Of a stretch of DNA of 64,000 nucleotides, positions 28,138 through 36,314 are shown in pieces. Within the stretch, counting starts at the first letter, position 1, and each line of letters starts with the position of its first letter. Both the position numbers and the translations under genes were made by a program. Source of the stretch: Patescibacteria group bacterium. GTDB lineage: Bacteria; Patescibacteriota; Patescibacteriia; UBA9934; GWF2-40-263. The stretch lies in NCBI GenBank assembly GCA_041661745.1, contig JBAZTR010000001.1, positions 15,740 through 79,739 of the forward strand. Reading direction: 5' to 3'. Below the pieces are notes generated by a model that was not told the origin of the DNA, did not search any database, and saw nothing but the letters and a program-made list of their open reading frames with translations.

Positions 28138-28629
28138 TTATTCAACCTTTACTACTTCCACTGTTTGATTATTAAACAAAAATTTTTCGCCAACCACTTT
28201 TCCTAAAAGCGCTTTTCCGAGTGGTGAAAGATGCGAAATTTTTCCATGAGCCGGATTAGCTTCTTGCACACCGAGAATTTCGTAAGTCGTTTCTTTTCCA
28301 TTCATAACAAAAGTTACCGTTGAACCCAGGGCGACCCGACCATCAGTGTTGGCTTTGATAACCACGGCGCTTTTAAGTTTTTCCTCAAGAATGGTGATGC
28401 GAGAATTAATTTGTCGCAAACGTCCCTTGGCCATTTGGTATGCGGCGTTTTCGGAAAAGTCGCCCATTTCGGCGGTGCGTTGAACTTCTTTAATAGCTGG
28501 TTGACGTTGATTTTTTAATAAGTCCTGCAATTCATTTTTGTAACGCTGAATAGCGGCTGGCGACAAAAAAGCGTCAGACACCTTTTTGGTGCCCTCGAGA
28601 ATTTCCGACTTTCTTGTGGGGAGTCGCAT
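28138..28629 (-). CDS. greA: Transcription elongation factor GreA/GreB family
   Basis: GDFSENAAYQMAK...RI..LE...VALGSTVT...EANP..GKISHLSPLGKALLGK. Confidence 0.9.
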   Translation of the reverse strand: MRLPTRKSEILEGTKKVSDAFLSPAAIQRYKNELQDLLKNQRQPAIKEVQRTAEMGDFSENAAYQMAKGRLRQINSRITILEEKLKSAVVIKANTDGRVALGSTVTFVMNGKETTYEILGVQEANPAHGKISHLSPLGKALLGKVVGEKFLFNNQTVEVVKVE

Positions 28630-28686
28630 AGCGCCCTTTATAATAAGTTATTTTCGCGAAAAAGAAAAACCGCGAGCCTTGAGGAG

Positions 28687-29304
28687 TCAGACTCGCGGCA
28701 GACCGGAAGGTTTGGGTGGTCCGAAGATGACGTTGATGTCACACTCGACCCCGTACCTATTGGCGCGCTCAATGGCCCGCACGATGGCCGGAACCAGGAA
28801 GCTGATTCGCGAACAGCCGACCAGATGGATGTGGGGATCGTCGGCACGCCAGCCAGGATGCTGACGAGACAGTACTTTGCCGACTGTGATCGTGTTGAAG
28901 CCGATCCATCGCGCTTTTTCGACCGCTTCGGTCGGTAAGAGCAAGGCTTCAGTTTCTTCAATGAACTCGGTTCCGTCTGGCATACGAACCACCACAATGC
29001 CGACGTCGTAGAACTGGCCGTCCTTTTCGATGACGCCGTTTTCGATGCCGAGTCCGGTGAGCTTGGGAAAGTGCTGGCAGGCAGCCAAGGCGCGGTTGCG
29101 TGCACCGTGAGTGGTTTCTTCTGGGCCAAACGGCTGCTCGTTGACTCCAGAGGCCGCCTTAACAACCCCAATCAACCACTCCGGATACTTCACACCTAAT
29201 TCTTCCAAGGCCATACAAAGGGCAAAGTACTTGATCGGGCTGACCGAGCCGATGGCAAAGCGGGGCTTGAAGGGAATTTTCTGGTAGCTTTTTAGGGTCG
29301 CCAT
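28687..29304 (-). CDS. yjjX: Non-canonical purine NTP phosphatase (YjjX/DUF84, ITP/XTPase)
   Basis: IGSVSPIK...SGVNEQPFG.EET.HGARNRA...GLGIENGV. Confidence 0.8.
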   Translation of the reverse strand: MATLKSYQKIPFKPRFAIGSVSPIKYFALCMALEELGVKYPEWLIGVVKAASGVNEQPFGPEETTHGARNRALAACQHFPKLTGLGIENGVIEKDGQFYDVGIVVVRMPDGTEFIEETEALLLPTEAVEKARWIGFNTITVGKVLSRQHPGWRADDPHIHLVGCSRISFLVPAIVRAIERANRYGVECDINVIFGPPKPSGLPRV

Positions 29305-29428
29305 GTTTACCTCGATGGGGTTGGGAAAAATCTTGGTTGAATACTTTATGTGTTTTCTCTTGATTTGTCAATGATTAAAAAAAGCTGCCGGAGGCGGCAG
29401 CGAGTCGAGCGAGGCTCGACGAAGGTGG

Positions 29429-30505
29429 TCAGGTGACGCGGCGGATGTCGCGGTCCCAGTGATGGAGGCGAACGATTACCCCAAGGGCCTTGAGCCACGA
29501 GACGACCACGATCTTGCCCGAGGCGGTGAGCGGGGCGAGCTCGGGCCGGTTGTCGAGAGGAATGGTGTCGGTCACGAAGATCCGGTCCACCGGGCAGTCG
29601 GCAGCCGACATGAGGTTGATGGCCGGGCCGCAGAAGACGCCGTGTGAAGCCACTGCCCAGACTTGGGCTGCACCGTAGGAGGTTCCCTTGAGGGCTCGTG
29701 CGTACTTTCCGGTGGTTCCGAAGGTGGCGATTTCATCGTCCACAGACAGGACGATGGAGCCGCGAACCCCTTCGATGTTTCCGAAGATCTTGTGGAGGTC
29801 TGATTTCTCGCTGGAGACGCGTCGTTTGGCCCCGAAGACCTTGGGAAGATCCGAGAGACCCAGACGATTGATGATTTCCTCGATTGCTCCGGCGTCGCGT
29901 TTGGCTGCGCCGTCATCGGGGTAGGCCAAGCAGACCCGATCCGTCAGCTGCCGCGCCTCAGCCACGGCTTGCTCGAGGAGTAGCCGACCGAGGTGGATTT
30001 CGGTGATCAGACCGAGCGGGCCGCCGACGACGCTCTGCGGAGCGTGCATGTCGGCAGTGATGACGCGATCGAGTTTGCCGTAGGCTGCGGCTTGCAGAAG
30101 ATGGGTGACGAAGCCTGGCAGAGCCAGTTCGTTGTTGGCGTCTTCGTCCTTGTCGGAACGACCAAGGAAGAAGTAGTCCATGACCACGGCGATGCGGCCG
30201 GCGCGACGGCCGGCGAGATAGCCGAGGACAAAGAGAAGTTGACCCAGTCGTTCGTAGGTGCAGGGTCCGCTGGTCAGGACGACGCAGTCGTGGCCGCCGA
30301 TGTGTTCCTTGGCGAGCCGACAGAACGGTTCGCCGCTGGCCCGCGTGCCGAAGAACGGTGTGGCGATGTCGACTGGTGTTTTCCTGAACTTGTGTTCGGC
30401 TTCGTGTTGAGCGATGGCCGCCTTGATCGTTTTGGCCGCGGTTTCGAAACCGGGCATGGGAACAAGGGTCAAGCCACCGTGGCAGTTGTATGGACCCTGT
30501 GGCAT
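29429..30505 (-). CDS. prs: Divergent ribose-phosphate pyrophosphokinase (Prs-like)
   Basis: ASGE, AGRIAVVMDYF..GRSDK, ITADMHAPQ, YPDDGAAKR, KRR, VDDEIATFGT, ASHGVF, VTDTIP. Confidence 0.8.
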   Translation of the reverse strand: MPQGPYNCHGGLTLVPMPGFETAAKTIKAAIAQHEAEHKFRKTPVDIATPFFGTRASGEPFCRLAKEHIGGHDCVVLTSGPCTYERLGQLLFVLGYLAGRRAGRIAVVMDYFFLGRSDKDEDANNELALPGFVTHLLQAAAYGKLDRVITADMHAPQSVVGGPLGLITEIHLGRLLLEQAVAEARQLTDRVCLAYPDDGAAKRDAGAIEEIINRLGLSDLPKVFGAKRRVSSEKSDLHKIFGNIEGVRGSIVLSVDDEIATFGTTGKYARALKGTSYGAAQVWAVASHGVFCGPAINLMSAADCPVDRIFVTDTIPLDNRPELAPLTASGKIVVVSWLKALGVIVRLHHWDRDIRRVT

Positions 30506-30593
30506 GGTCGTTCTCCTGTGAAGAGCCGCCTCATCTTAGGCGCATTTTTCGCTTCCTGTCAAAGAAAGGCAATCTGTGCTAGGATAAGGCCAT

Positions 30594-31412
30594 ATGCAGC
30601 GAATTTTCATTCCATTTTTTTTAGCGGTAATTTTAGTAGGGGCTGGTTGTACCCCAGTTGTTGAGGTTGAAAAACCGGCTCCGGTTTCATCTGACAATAT
30701 TACGGTGTCTTTGCCACTTACCGGGGATGTCGTGGGTAACCCAATTCATGTCGTTGGTGAGGCACGAGTTTTTGAAAATGTCGTTTCTTGGCGTTTGCGT
30801 GATGCCGGTGGAAGTATTTTGACCAGCGGTACCACCGAGGCGGCCGCGCTTGATATGGGGCTGTTTGGCCCGTTTGATTTTTATGTCGTTGTTCCGGCTC
30901 CATATTATCCTGGCGATCCGGTAATGACCGACAGAAATATGACGCTGGAAGTTTTTCAAGCTTCGGCCAAAGATGGTTCTGACACTGATTTGGTTTCCAT
31001 TCCTTTACAAATTGATCGGCTTGATATAGCTGGTGTTGAAATTTATCTTCACAACGACACAATGGATCCGGAAATGACTTGCACTAAAGTTTTTCAAGTT
31101 ACGCGAAAAATTATTGCCACAGACACTCCGGCACGTGCGGCCATGGTTATGCTTTTGCAGGGGCCGACACCTTTGGAATTAGCCAATCAATATTCGACAA
31201 TAATTCCGTTTCGAACTGAACTTAAAGACATAAGTATTTCTGAGGATGGTGTGGCCACAGTTGACCTAAAAGGGGCCATTGCCGGTTCAATGGGTGGGTC
31301 ATGCTATGTCAGTGCTATTGCTCGTGAAATTGAAGACACTTTGAAACAATTTAACTCGGTTAAAGAAGTTAAGATTCTTATCAACGGCGAGGCCGATAGA
31401 CTTCAGCCGTAA
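30594..31412 (+). CDS. Lipoprotein with Gmad2 Ig-like and GerMN domains
   Basis: Lipobox GAGC; GEARVFENVVSWRL; LLQGPT..E...GGSC...IEDTLKQFNSVKEVKILING. Confidence 0.82.
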   Translation: MQRIFIPFFLAVILVGAGCTPVVEVEKPAPVSSDNITVSLPLTGDVVGNPIHVVGEARVFENVVSWRLRDAGGSILTSGTTEAAALDMGLFGPFDFYVVVPAPYYPGDPVMTDRNMTLEVFQASAKDGSDTDLVSIPLQIDRLDIAGVEIYLHNDTMDPEMTCTKVFQVTRKIIATDTPARAAMVMLLQGPTPLELANQYSTIIPFRTELKDISISEDGVATVDLKGAIAGSMGGSCYVSAIAREIEDTLKQFNSVKEVKILINGEADRLQP

Positions 31413-31415
31413 TAG

Positions 31416-31444
31416 TTGACATTTCTCTTCGGTTATATTAGTAT
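31416..31444 (+). promoter_or_regulatory. sigma70 promoter of rplU
   Basis: TTGACA-17 nt-TAGTAT. Confidence 0.7.
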
Positions 31445-31517
31445 ATAGCCACATTATTAATAAATGATCACTGGCAAGCCCGATTAAGTTCGCGGAAGCC
31501 GTGAGCGCAAAATAGTT

Positions 31518-31826
31518 ATGTTCGCAGTCATTAAGACCGGCGGCAAGCAATATCTTGTCCGCGAGGGCGAGCAACTCAATGTTGAGAAGCTCGAAAAAGA
31601 CGCGGGCGCCAAACTTGAATTCGAAGCTCTTCTCGTCGCTGATGAGGATGACAAGGAAGTCAAAGTCGGCAAGCCCAACGTCGGCCAGGTCCAAGCCACA
31701 GTCGTGGAACAAGGCCGGGCCAAAAAAGTTGCGGTGATTAAGTACAAACCGAAAGTCCGTTATCGCCGTAATGTCGGTCACCGTCAACCGTTTACCAAAA
31801 TCAAAATTGAAAAAATCGTCGCTTAA
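31518..31826 (+). CDS. rplU: 50S ribosomal protein L21
   Basis: MFAVIKTGGKQYLV.EG...GHRQPFTKIKIEKI. Confidence 0.97.
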   Translation: MFAVIKTGGKQYLVREGEQLNVEKLEKDAGAKLEFEALLVADEDDKEVKVGKPNVGQVQATVVEQGRAKKVAVIKYKPKVRYRRNVGHRQPFTKIKIEKIVA

Positions 31827-31840
31827 GCGGCGATTTTTTT
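31810..31840 (+). terminator. rplU intrinsic terminator
   Basis: AAAAATCGTCGC-ttaa-GCGGCGATTTTTTT overlapping the stop codon. Confidence 0.8.
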
Positions 31841-31927
31841 ATAAAGCTATCCTTGACAAGGATAGCTTTTTGGTTATAAATTATTGCGTCGTGTTGAGGA
31901 TTGGCCCTACTACAGGGGGAGACACAA

Positions 31928-32203
31928 GTGGCCCGCTACCTCCGTTCACGTAAAGACATCGAAAGAAGGATCAGAACGATCGACAGGGAACTCGCCAGGC
32001 GAGAGAACCAACAGCCGTTCAACTGCCGGGCTGATGAGTTCCTCCAGGTCCTGGCGCAGGGTCAGAAGATCAGAGATGAGGCTGTAGCCGCCGGTCTTCA
32101 AGCGTTCCTGGAACACCCCGTTGTTCGGGATCGTCTTGACCTCTTTCGCGAGCGTCACGTTCTCGAGGAACGCCTCGAGGCCTTCAACCGTCTTCGGCAC
32201 TAG
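31928..32203 (+). CDS. Small hypothetical helical protein (GC-rich)
   Basis: ORF 31901..32203; GTG at 31928 follows GGGGGAGA; TTGACA upstream at 31853. Confidence 0.5.
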   Translation: MARYLRSRKDIERRIRTIDRELARRENQQPFNCRADEFLQVLAQGQKIRDEAVAAGLQAFLEHPVVRDRLDLFRERHVLEERLEAFNRLRH

Positions 32204-32248
32204 TCCCGGTCCTTCCGCGCTTCTTTGACAACCTTCGCCGGTTGTCTT

Positions 32249-32851
32249 TTATATTTCCTTTCGCCCTTTAAGAGCGTCACCCAAAGTAATTTCATCAGCA
32301 AATTCCAGGCTGGCGCCGGCCGGGAGACCACGAGCTAAGCGGGTGATATGTTTATTGAAACTTAGTAGTTGTTTGGTTAAATACATCATGGTGGTTTCGC
32401 CGTGAACATCGGGGGAGAAGGCCAAGATAATTTCTTCGACAGCGGTATCCTCACGAAGTTTCTTAAAGAGCGGTTGAACCCGCAAAACATCCGGGGTCAT
32501 GCCCTCAATCGGATTTAAAACACCACCTAAGACAAAATATTTTCCATGATAAGCACTGGTTGCTTCGATGGTGGCAATGTCGCGCGAAGTTTCCACAACG
32601 CAGAGGAGGGAAGGGTCACGACGCGGATCCTGACAAATGTCGCACAAGTTACTTTGAGTGTAACTAAAACAGCTCGGGCAAAGGCGGACTTTTTCACCAA
32701 GCTCTTTTATTAGATTTGAAGTTTGAAGTAATTCCTCTTTGGATAACTGAAGCAGGGCAAAAACATAACGCAGGGCCGTTTTGGGCCCCACGCCGGGCAG
32801 TCGCGTTAATGCGGATGCCAAATTTTGGATTGGTTCGGGAAATTTTCGCAC
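32249..32851 (-). CDS. recR: Recombination protein RecR
   Basis: LPGVGPKTA.R, C4 zinc finger CPSC...CDIC, LCVVE, TRLARGLPAG.SLEFAD. Start placed at GTG just after the ybaB stop. Confidence 0.95.
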   Translation of the reverse strand: MRKFPEPIQNLASALTRLPGVGPKTALRYVFALLQLSKEELLQTSNLIKELGEKVRLCPSCFSYTQSNLCDICQDPRRDPSLLCVVETSRDIATIEATSAYHGKYFVLGGVLNPIEGMTPDVLRVQPLFKKLREDTAVEEIILAFSPDVHGETTMMYLTKQLLSFNKHITRLARGLPAGASLEFADEITLGDALKGRKEI

Positions 32852-32852
32852 A

Positions 32853-33152
32853 TTAGAGCCCAAGATTTTTGAAAGCATCTAGGCCGCCCATTTCTTTCAT
32901 CTTTCCGGCCATTTGGCGTTGGATTTTTTTAATGGAATCGTTGGTGGCATCTTTAACCGCTTCTTCGAGTTTATTTTTATCCTTCAACATTTCTTCATCG
33001 ATTTTTACTTCGAGAATTTGTTGATTGCCATCAATCTTTATTTTTACTTTGCCCCAAGCCGCTTCGCCTTCGGCGGAAATTTCTGATAAACCGTTTTGAA
33101 TTTTTTTGGCTTGGGTGCGGAGGTCTTTGATGGCTTTTATTTTGTTGAACAT
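32853..33152 (-). CDS. ybaB: YbaB/EbfC nucleoid-associated protein
   Basis: QAKKIQNGL...GKVKIKIDGNQQILEVKID...LEEAVKDATNDS; directly upstream of recR. Confidence 0.88.
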   Translation of the reverse strand: MFNKIKAIKDLRTQAKKIQNGLSEISAEGEAAWGKVKIKIDGNQQILEVKIDEEMLKDKNKLEEAVKDATNDSIKKIQRQMAGKMKEMGGLDAFKNLGL

Positions 33153-33168
33153 ATTTTATTGTTTTAAT

Positions 33169-34641
33169 TTAGAAGGGATTTTGCATTGAATCGATTGGCG
33201 GTGGTGGCGGCAGGGGACTTCCTGTTCCGCCAACTTCTTGATAATTGGGAGCCGAGATGCCGTTGTCCATTGACGGTGGCGGGGCCGAACGACGCATTTC
33301 CAAATTGCGGAAGCTTGTGCGTTGAGCGTCCCAGAACAATCTTATCATGCCGGTCGGACCATTGCGATGTTTACCAATGTAAATTTCGGCAAGAGTTTTT
33401 TCTTCCGGTGACAAATCTTCTTGACGATAGTTCATGTCGGCGGCTTTGCGGTAAATGAATAGAACGACGTCGGCATCCTGTTCAATAGAACCGGAGTCGC
33501 GCAGGTGTGAAAGTTTTGGAATAGCCGGTTTGCTTTGTTCGACAGCGCGGGAAAGCTGCGATAAGGCCAGAACCGGAACATTTAATTCGCGAGCGACTTG
33601 TTTAAGGGAACGACTGATTTCGGAAATTTCTTGCACGCGATTATCAGAACTGCTTTTAACACGGCTTTCGATAAGTTGAAGATAGTCGACAATAATTAAA
33701 CCTAAACCGTGTTCGGCTTGCATGCGTCGAGCTTTGGCGCGAATTTGCATGACGTTGACCGTTGAAGTGTCGTCAATAAAAATTGGTGCTTCGGAAAGTT
33801 TACCTAAAGCATTACCAATTCGTGGAAAATCTTCGTTGTTTTCGGAGAGACGCCCGGTGCGTAATTTCCACAAGTCCACCCCGGCCTCAGACGAAATTAG
33901 TTTATCCACCAACTGTTCTTTGGACATTTCTAGAGAAAAGATTCCCACGGGTATTTTACTTTTAACCCCGACATGGCGAGCAATGTTTAAAGCCAAGCTG
34001 GTTTTGCCGACTGACGGCCGAGCCGCCAAAATGATTAAGTCGGATTTTTGCATGCCGGCCATTAAATTGTCTAGTTCGGTAAAGCCGGTGGCCACGCCGC
34101 GCAACTGGCCATGATTTTGATGTAATTCGTCGATGCGTTCAAAAGCCTCAGACAGAATGTTTTTAATGCCAACAAAAGCCGTCCGCAAAAATTTTTGGGA
34201 AACTGCAAATAAACTTCGTTCGGCCGTATCAAGAACCACGTCAAGATCCTCGGCTTCGTTATAACCTTGTTCCATAATGTCGCCAGCCGCGGAAAGCAGA
34301 CGACGCAGGGTGGATTTCTTTTTTACGATTTCACCATAATGGGCGACATTGCCGGCCGTGGAGATTGAGTTGGCCAGTTCAACCAAGTAAGCCCGACCGC
34401 CACACATTTGCAGTTTATCCAATTCTTCCAGGCGGTTACCCAGCGTTAAAATATCAATCGGTTCATGCCTGGCGTTTAAATCAATCATGGCTTCAAAAAT
34501 GGCCCGGTGAGTTTCACGATAAAAATCATCGCCATCAACAACATCGGCAATTTTATAAAAAGCCTCGGGATCAACCAAAAGACAGCCCAGTAAGCACTGC
34601 TCGGCTTCGTTACTTTGAGGCGGAATGCGTTGTTCAGGCAT
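33169..34641 (-). CDS. dnaB: Replicative DNA helicase
   Basis: PPQSNEAEQ, AARPSVGKT, FSLEM, IVDYLQL, LSQLSR, LRDSGSIEQDAD, KHRNGPTG. Confidence 0.97.
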   Translation of the reverse strand: MPEQRIPPQSNEAEQCLLGCLLVDPEAFYKIADVVDGDDFYRETHRAIFEAMIDLNARHEPIDILTLGNRLEELDKLQMCGGRAYLVELANSISTAGNVAHYGEIVKKKSTLRRLLSAAGDIMEQGYNEAEDLDVVLDTAERSLFAVSQKFLRTAFVGIKNILSEAFERIDELHQNHGQLRGVATGFTELDNLMAGMQKSDLIILAARPSVGKTSLALNIARHVGVKSKIPVGIFSLEMSKEQLVDKLISSEAGVDLWKLRTGRLSENNEDFPRIGNALGKLSEAPIFIDDTSTVNVMQIRAKARRMQAEHGLGLIIVDYLQLIESRVKSSSDNRVQEISEISRSLKQVARELNVPVLALSQLSRAVEQSKPAIPKLSHLRDSGSIEQDADVVLFIYRKAADMNYRQEDLSPEEKTLAEIYIGKHRNGPTGMIRLFWDAQRTSFRNLEMRRSAPPPSMDNGISAPNYQEVGGTGSPLPPPPPIDSMQNPF

Positions 34642-34720
34642 AGCGAGAACATCTTACCGTTGCCGTTGCCATGCTTCAAGTCCTTGGTGTGCATGGTTTG
34701 TGGTATAATTGTGTATACTT

Positions 34721-35875
34721 ATGAAAATAATTCACGGACATCCCGATTTTGCTTGGTGGCGCACGGTTGGCACCATGATTGGCGGAGTGGTCGGGGTAGG
34801 GGTTTTTGGTCTACCTTACGCTTTTGCTCAAAGCGGTTGGTGGCTCGGATTAACCATGTTATTGGTTTTGGGTTTTTTGATAATGCTTCTTAATTTTATG
34901 TATGCCGAAGTGGTTGAACAAACCGCCGGTCGGCATCGTTTGGTTGGTTATGTTAAAAATTATTTAGGCGTCTGGCCGGCTAATTTGATGGGCGTGGTTT
35001 TTATTGTTTATGCCTGGGGAGCCATGCTGGCTTATATTTTGATTGGCGGAGATTTTTTGTACACTTTACTGTCGCCACTTTTAGGCGGTCCGCTTCTTGC
35101 ATATCAATTAGTCATGGCCGCGCTTTCGGCTATTTTGACTTTTGGCGGCATAAAAAAATTAGCCAAGCTGGAAACTTTTATTGTTGGTGGTTTGATTTTT
35201 CTTTTTGTCTTTATAATTCTTTTGTCGTTGCCGTCCATAGAACCGCGCAATATCATGTCGATCCATTGGTCCGGTTGGTTTGCCCCTTATGGTGTTTTGT
35301 TTTTTGCCCTTTCCGGCCTGGGAGTAATTCCCGAAATGAAAGATGTTTTAGACGCTCGTCGTCGACACGAATTACCACACACAATTTTGTTTGGCCAAGT
35401 TTTTATTATTGCCCTATACGCCCTTTTTACCTTAGCTGTGGTTGGTGTAACCGGCCCAGCTACCACTCCCTCGGCCTTTGATGGTCTAGCCTCCATGTTT
35501 GGTCGAACCTTTGCCGTGGCTGGTTCGTTATTAGGTTCGGTTGCCGTTCTATCGATTTTTTCCATAGTCAGTATCGAGTTGCAAGGTATTTTGCGTTTTG
35601 ATTATAAAATCAATCAAAAAACCGCGTGGCTTCTGACAGTTATTGTGCCAGTCGTGTTTTTGCTTCTGGGAGTAAGTCAGTTTATTGAATTGATTAGTTT
35701 CTTGGGCGCGGTTTTTGGCGGTTTGATAGGTATCATTGTGGTGATTATGTATGAAAAAATGCGTAACGCCGGTTTGTGCCCAATCCACAAATGTTTAAAC
35801 GTTCCTCATTTTATTGCCTGGCTATTAGTGGCCGTTTTTATCGGCGGCATTATTCAAACTATTTTTAATTTTTAA
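34721..35875 (+). CDS. Aromatic amino acid/APC-superfamily permease
   Basis: GTMIGG.VGVGVFGLPY...; about 11 TM helices; GVLFFALSG.GVIPE. Confidence 0.82.
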   Translation: MKIIHGHPDFAWWRTVGTMIGGVVGVGVFGLPYAFAQSGWWLGLTMLLVLGFLIMLLNFMYAEVVEQTAGRHRLVGYVKNYLGVWPANLMGVVFIVYAWGAMLAYILIGGDFLYTLLSPLLGGPLLAYQLVMAALSAILTFGGIKKLAKLETFIVGGLIFLFVFIILLSLPSIEPRNIMSIHWSGWFAPYGVLFFALSGLGVIPEMKDVLDARRRHELPHTILFGQVFIIALYALFTLAVVGVTGPATTPSAFDGLASMFGRTFAVAGSLLGSVAVLSIFSIVSIELQGILRFDYKINQKTAWLLTVIVPVVFLLLGVSQFIELISFLGAVFGGLIGIIVVIMYEKMRNAGLCPIHKCLNVPHFIAWLLVAVFIGGIIQTIFNF

Positions 35876-35879
35876 AAAT

Positions 35880-36314
35880 ATGCGCCCGCTTCGCCTTCTT
35901 TCATTTTGGTTTTTTTCCTTTCTTTCAATTTACGCTCTTAGTTTTTTATCGGTTCTGGCCTGGGGACTGCTTAATTATAATAACGTTTTTTTAGTCGTTG
36001 GTATGGTTTGTCCGCCGCTCGTTACGCTTCTTTTTGGTTGGTTGTATTTTCGAGCCATTTCGGTTCTCCCGTTTTCCGTTAAAATAAAAAACGCGATTGT
36101 TTGGATCGCGTTGGATTTTGTGGCCGGAGCGATTATGTTGGCAATTCTGAAGGGGAGTGGGCCAGCGGATATTTTCTCTACAGTTTCGTTGATAACCGAA
36201 GCCGCAAATTTCTTTGCTCTTTTGGTAGCCGCTTACATTAGCGTGAAGCAACTAGAACATTCTGTAAAAGCATTGCCACCGTCATTGGACCTACGCCCCC
36301 CGGCACAGGGGTAA
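35880..36314 (+). CDS. Hypothetical four-TM membrane protein
   Basis: Hydrophobic ORF 4 nt after the permease. Confidence 0.6.
   Translation: MRPLRLLSFWFFSFLSIYALSFLSVLAWGLLNYNNVFLVVGMVCPPLVTLLFGWLYFRAISVLPFSVKIKNAIVWIALDFVAGAIMLAILKGSGPADIFSTVSLITEAANFFALLVAAYISVKQLEHSVKALPPSLDLRPPAQG

Noticed and set aside
24207-30664. Long antisense ORFs (24207-24680, 24969-25727, 29993-30664)
   Set aside because: They are shadows of GC-rich genes that have clear family motifs on the opposite strand.
30594-31412. GerMN domain as evidence of sporulation
   Set aside because: GerMN/Gmad2 lipoproteins occur widely in non-sporulating bacteria.
36238-36314. 77-bp convergent overlap of folD and the membrane gene
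   Set aside because: Most simply a stop-codon loss extending a non-conserved tail; no evidence of function.
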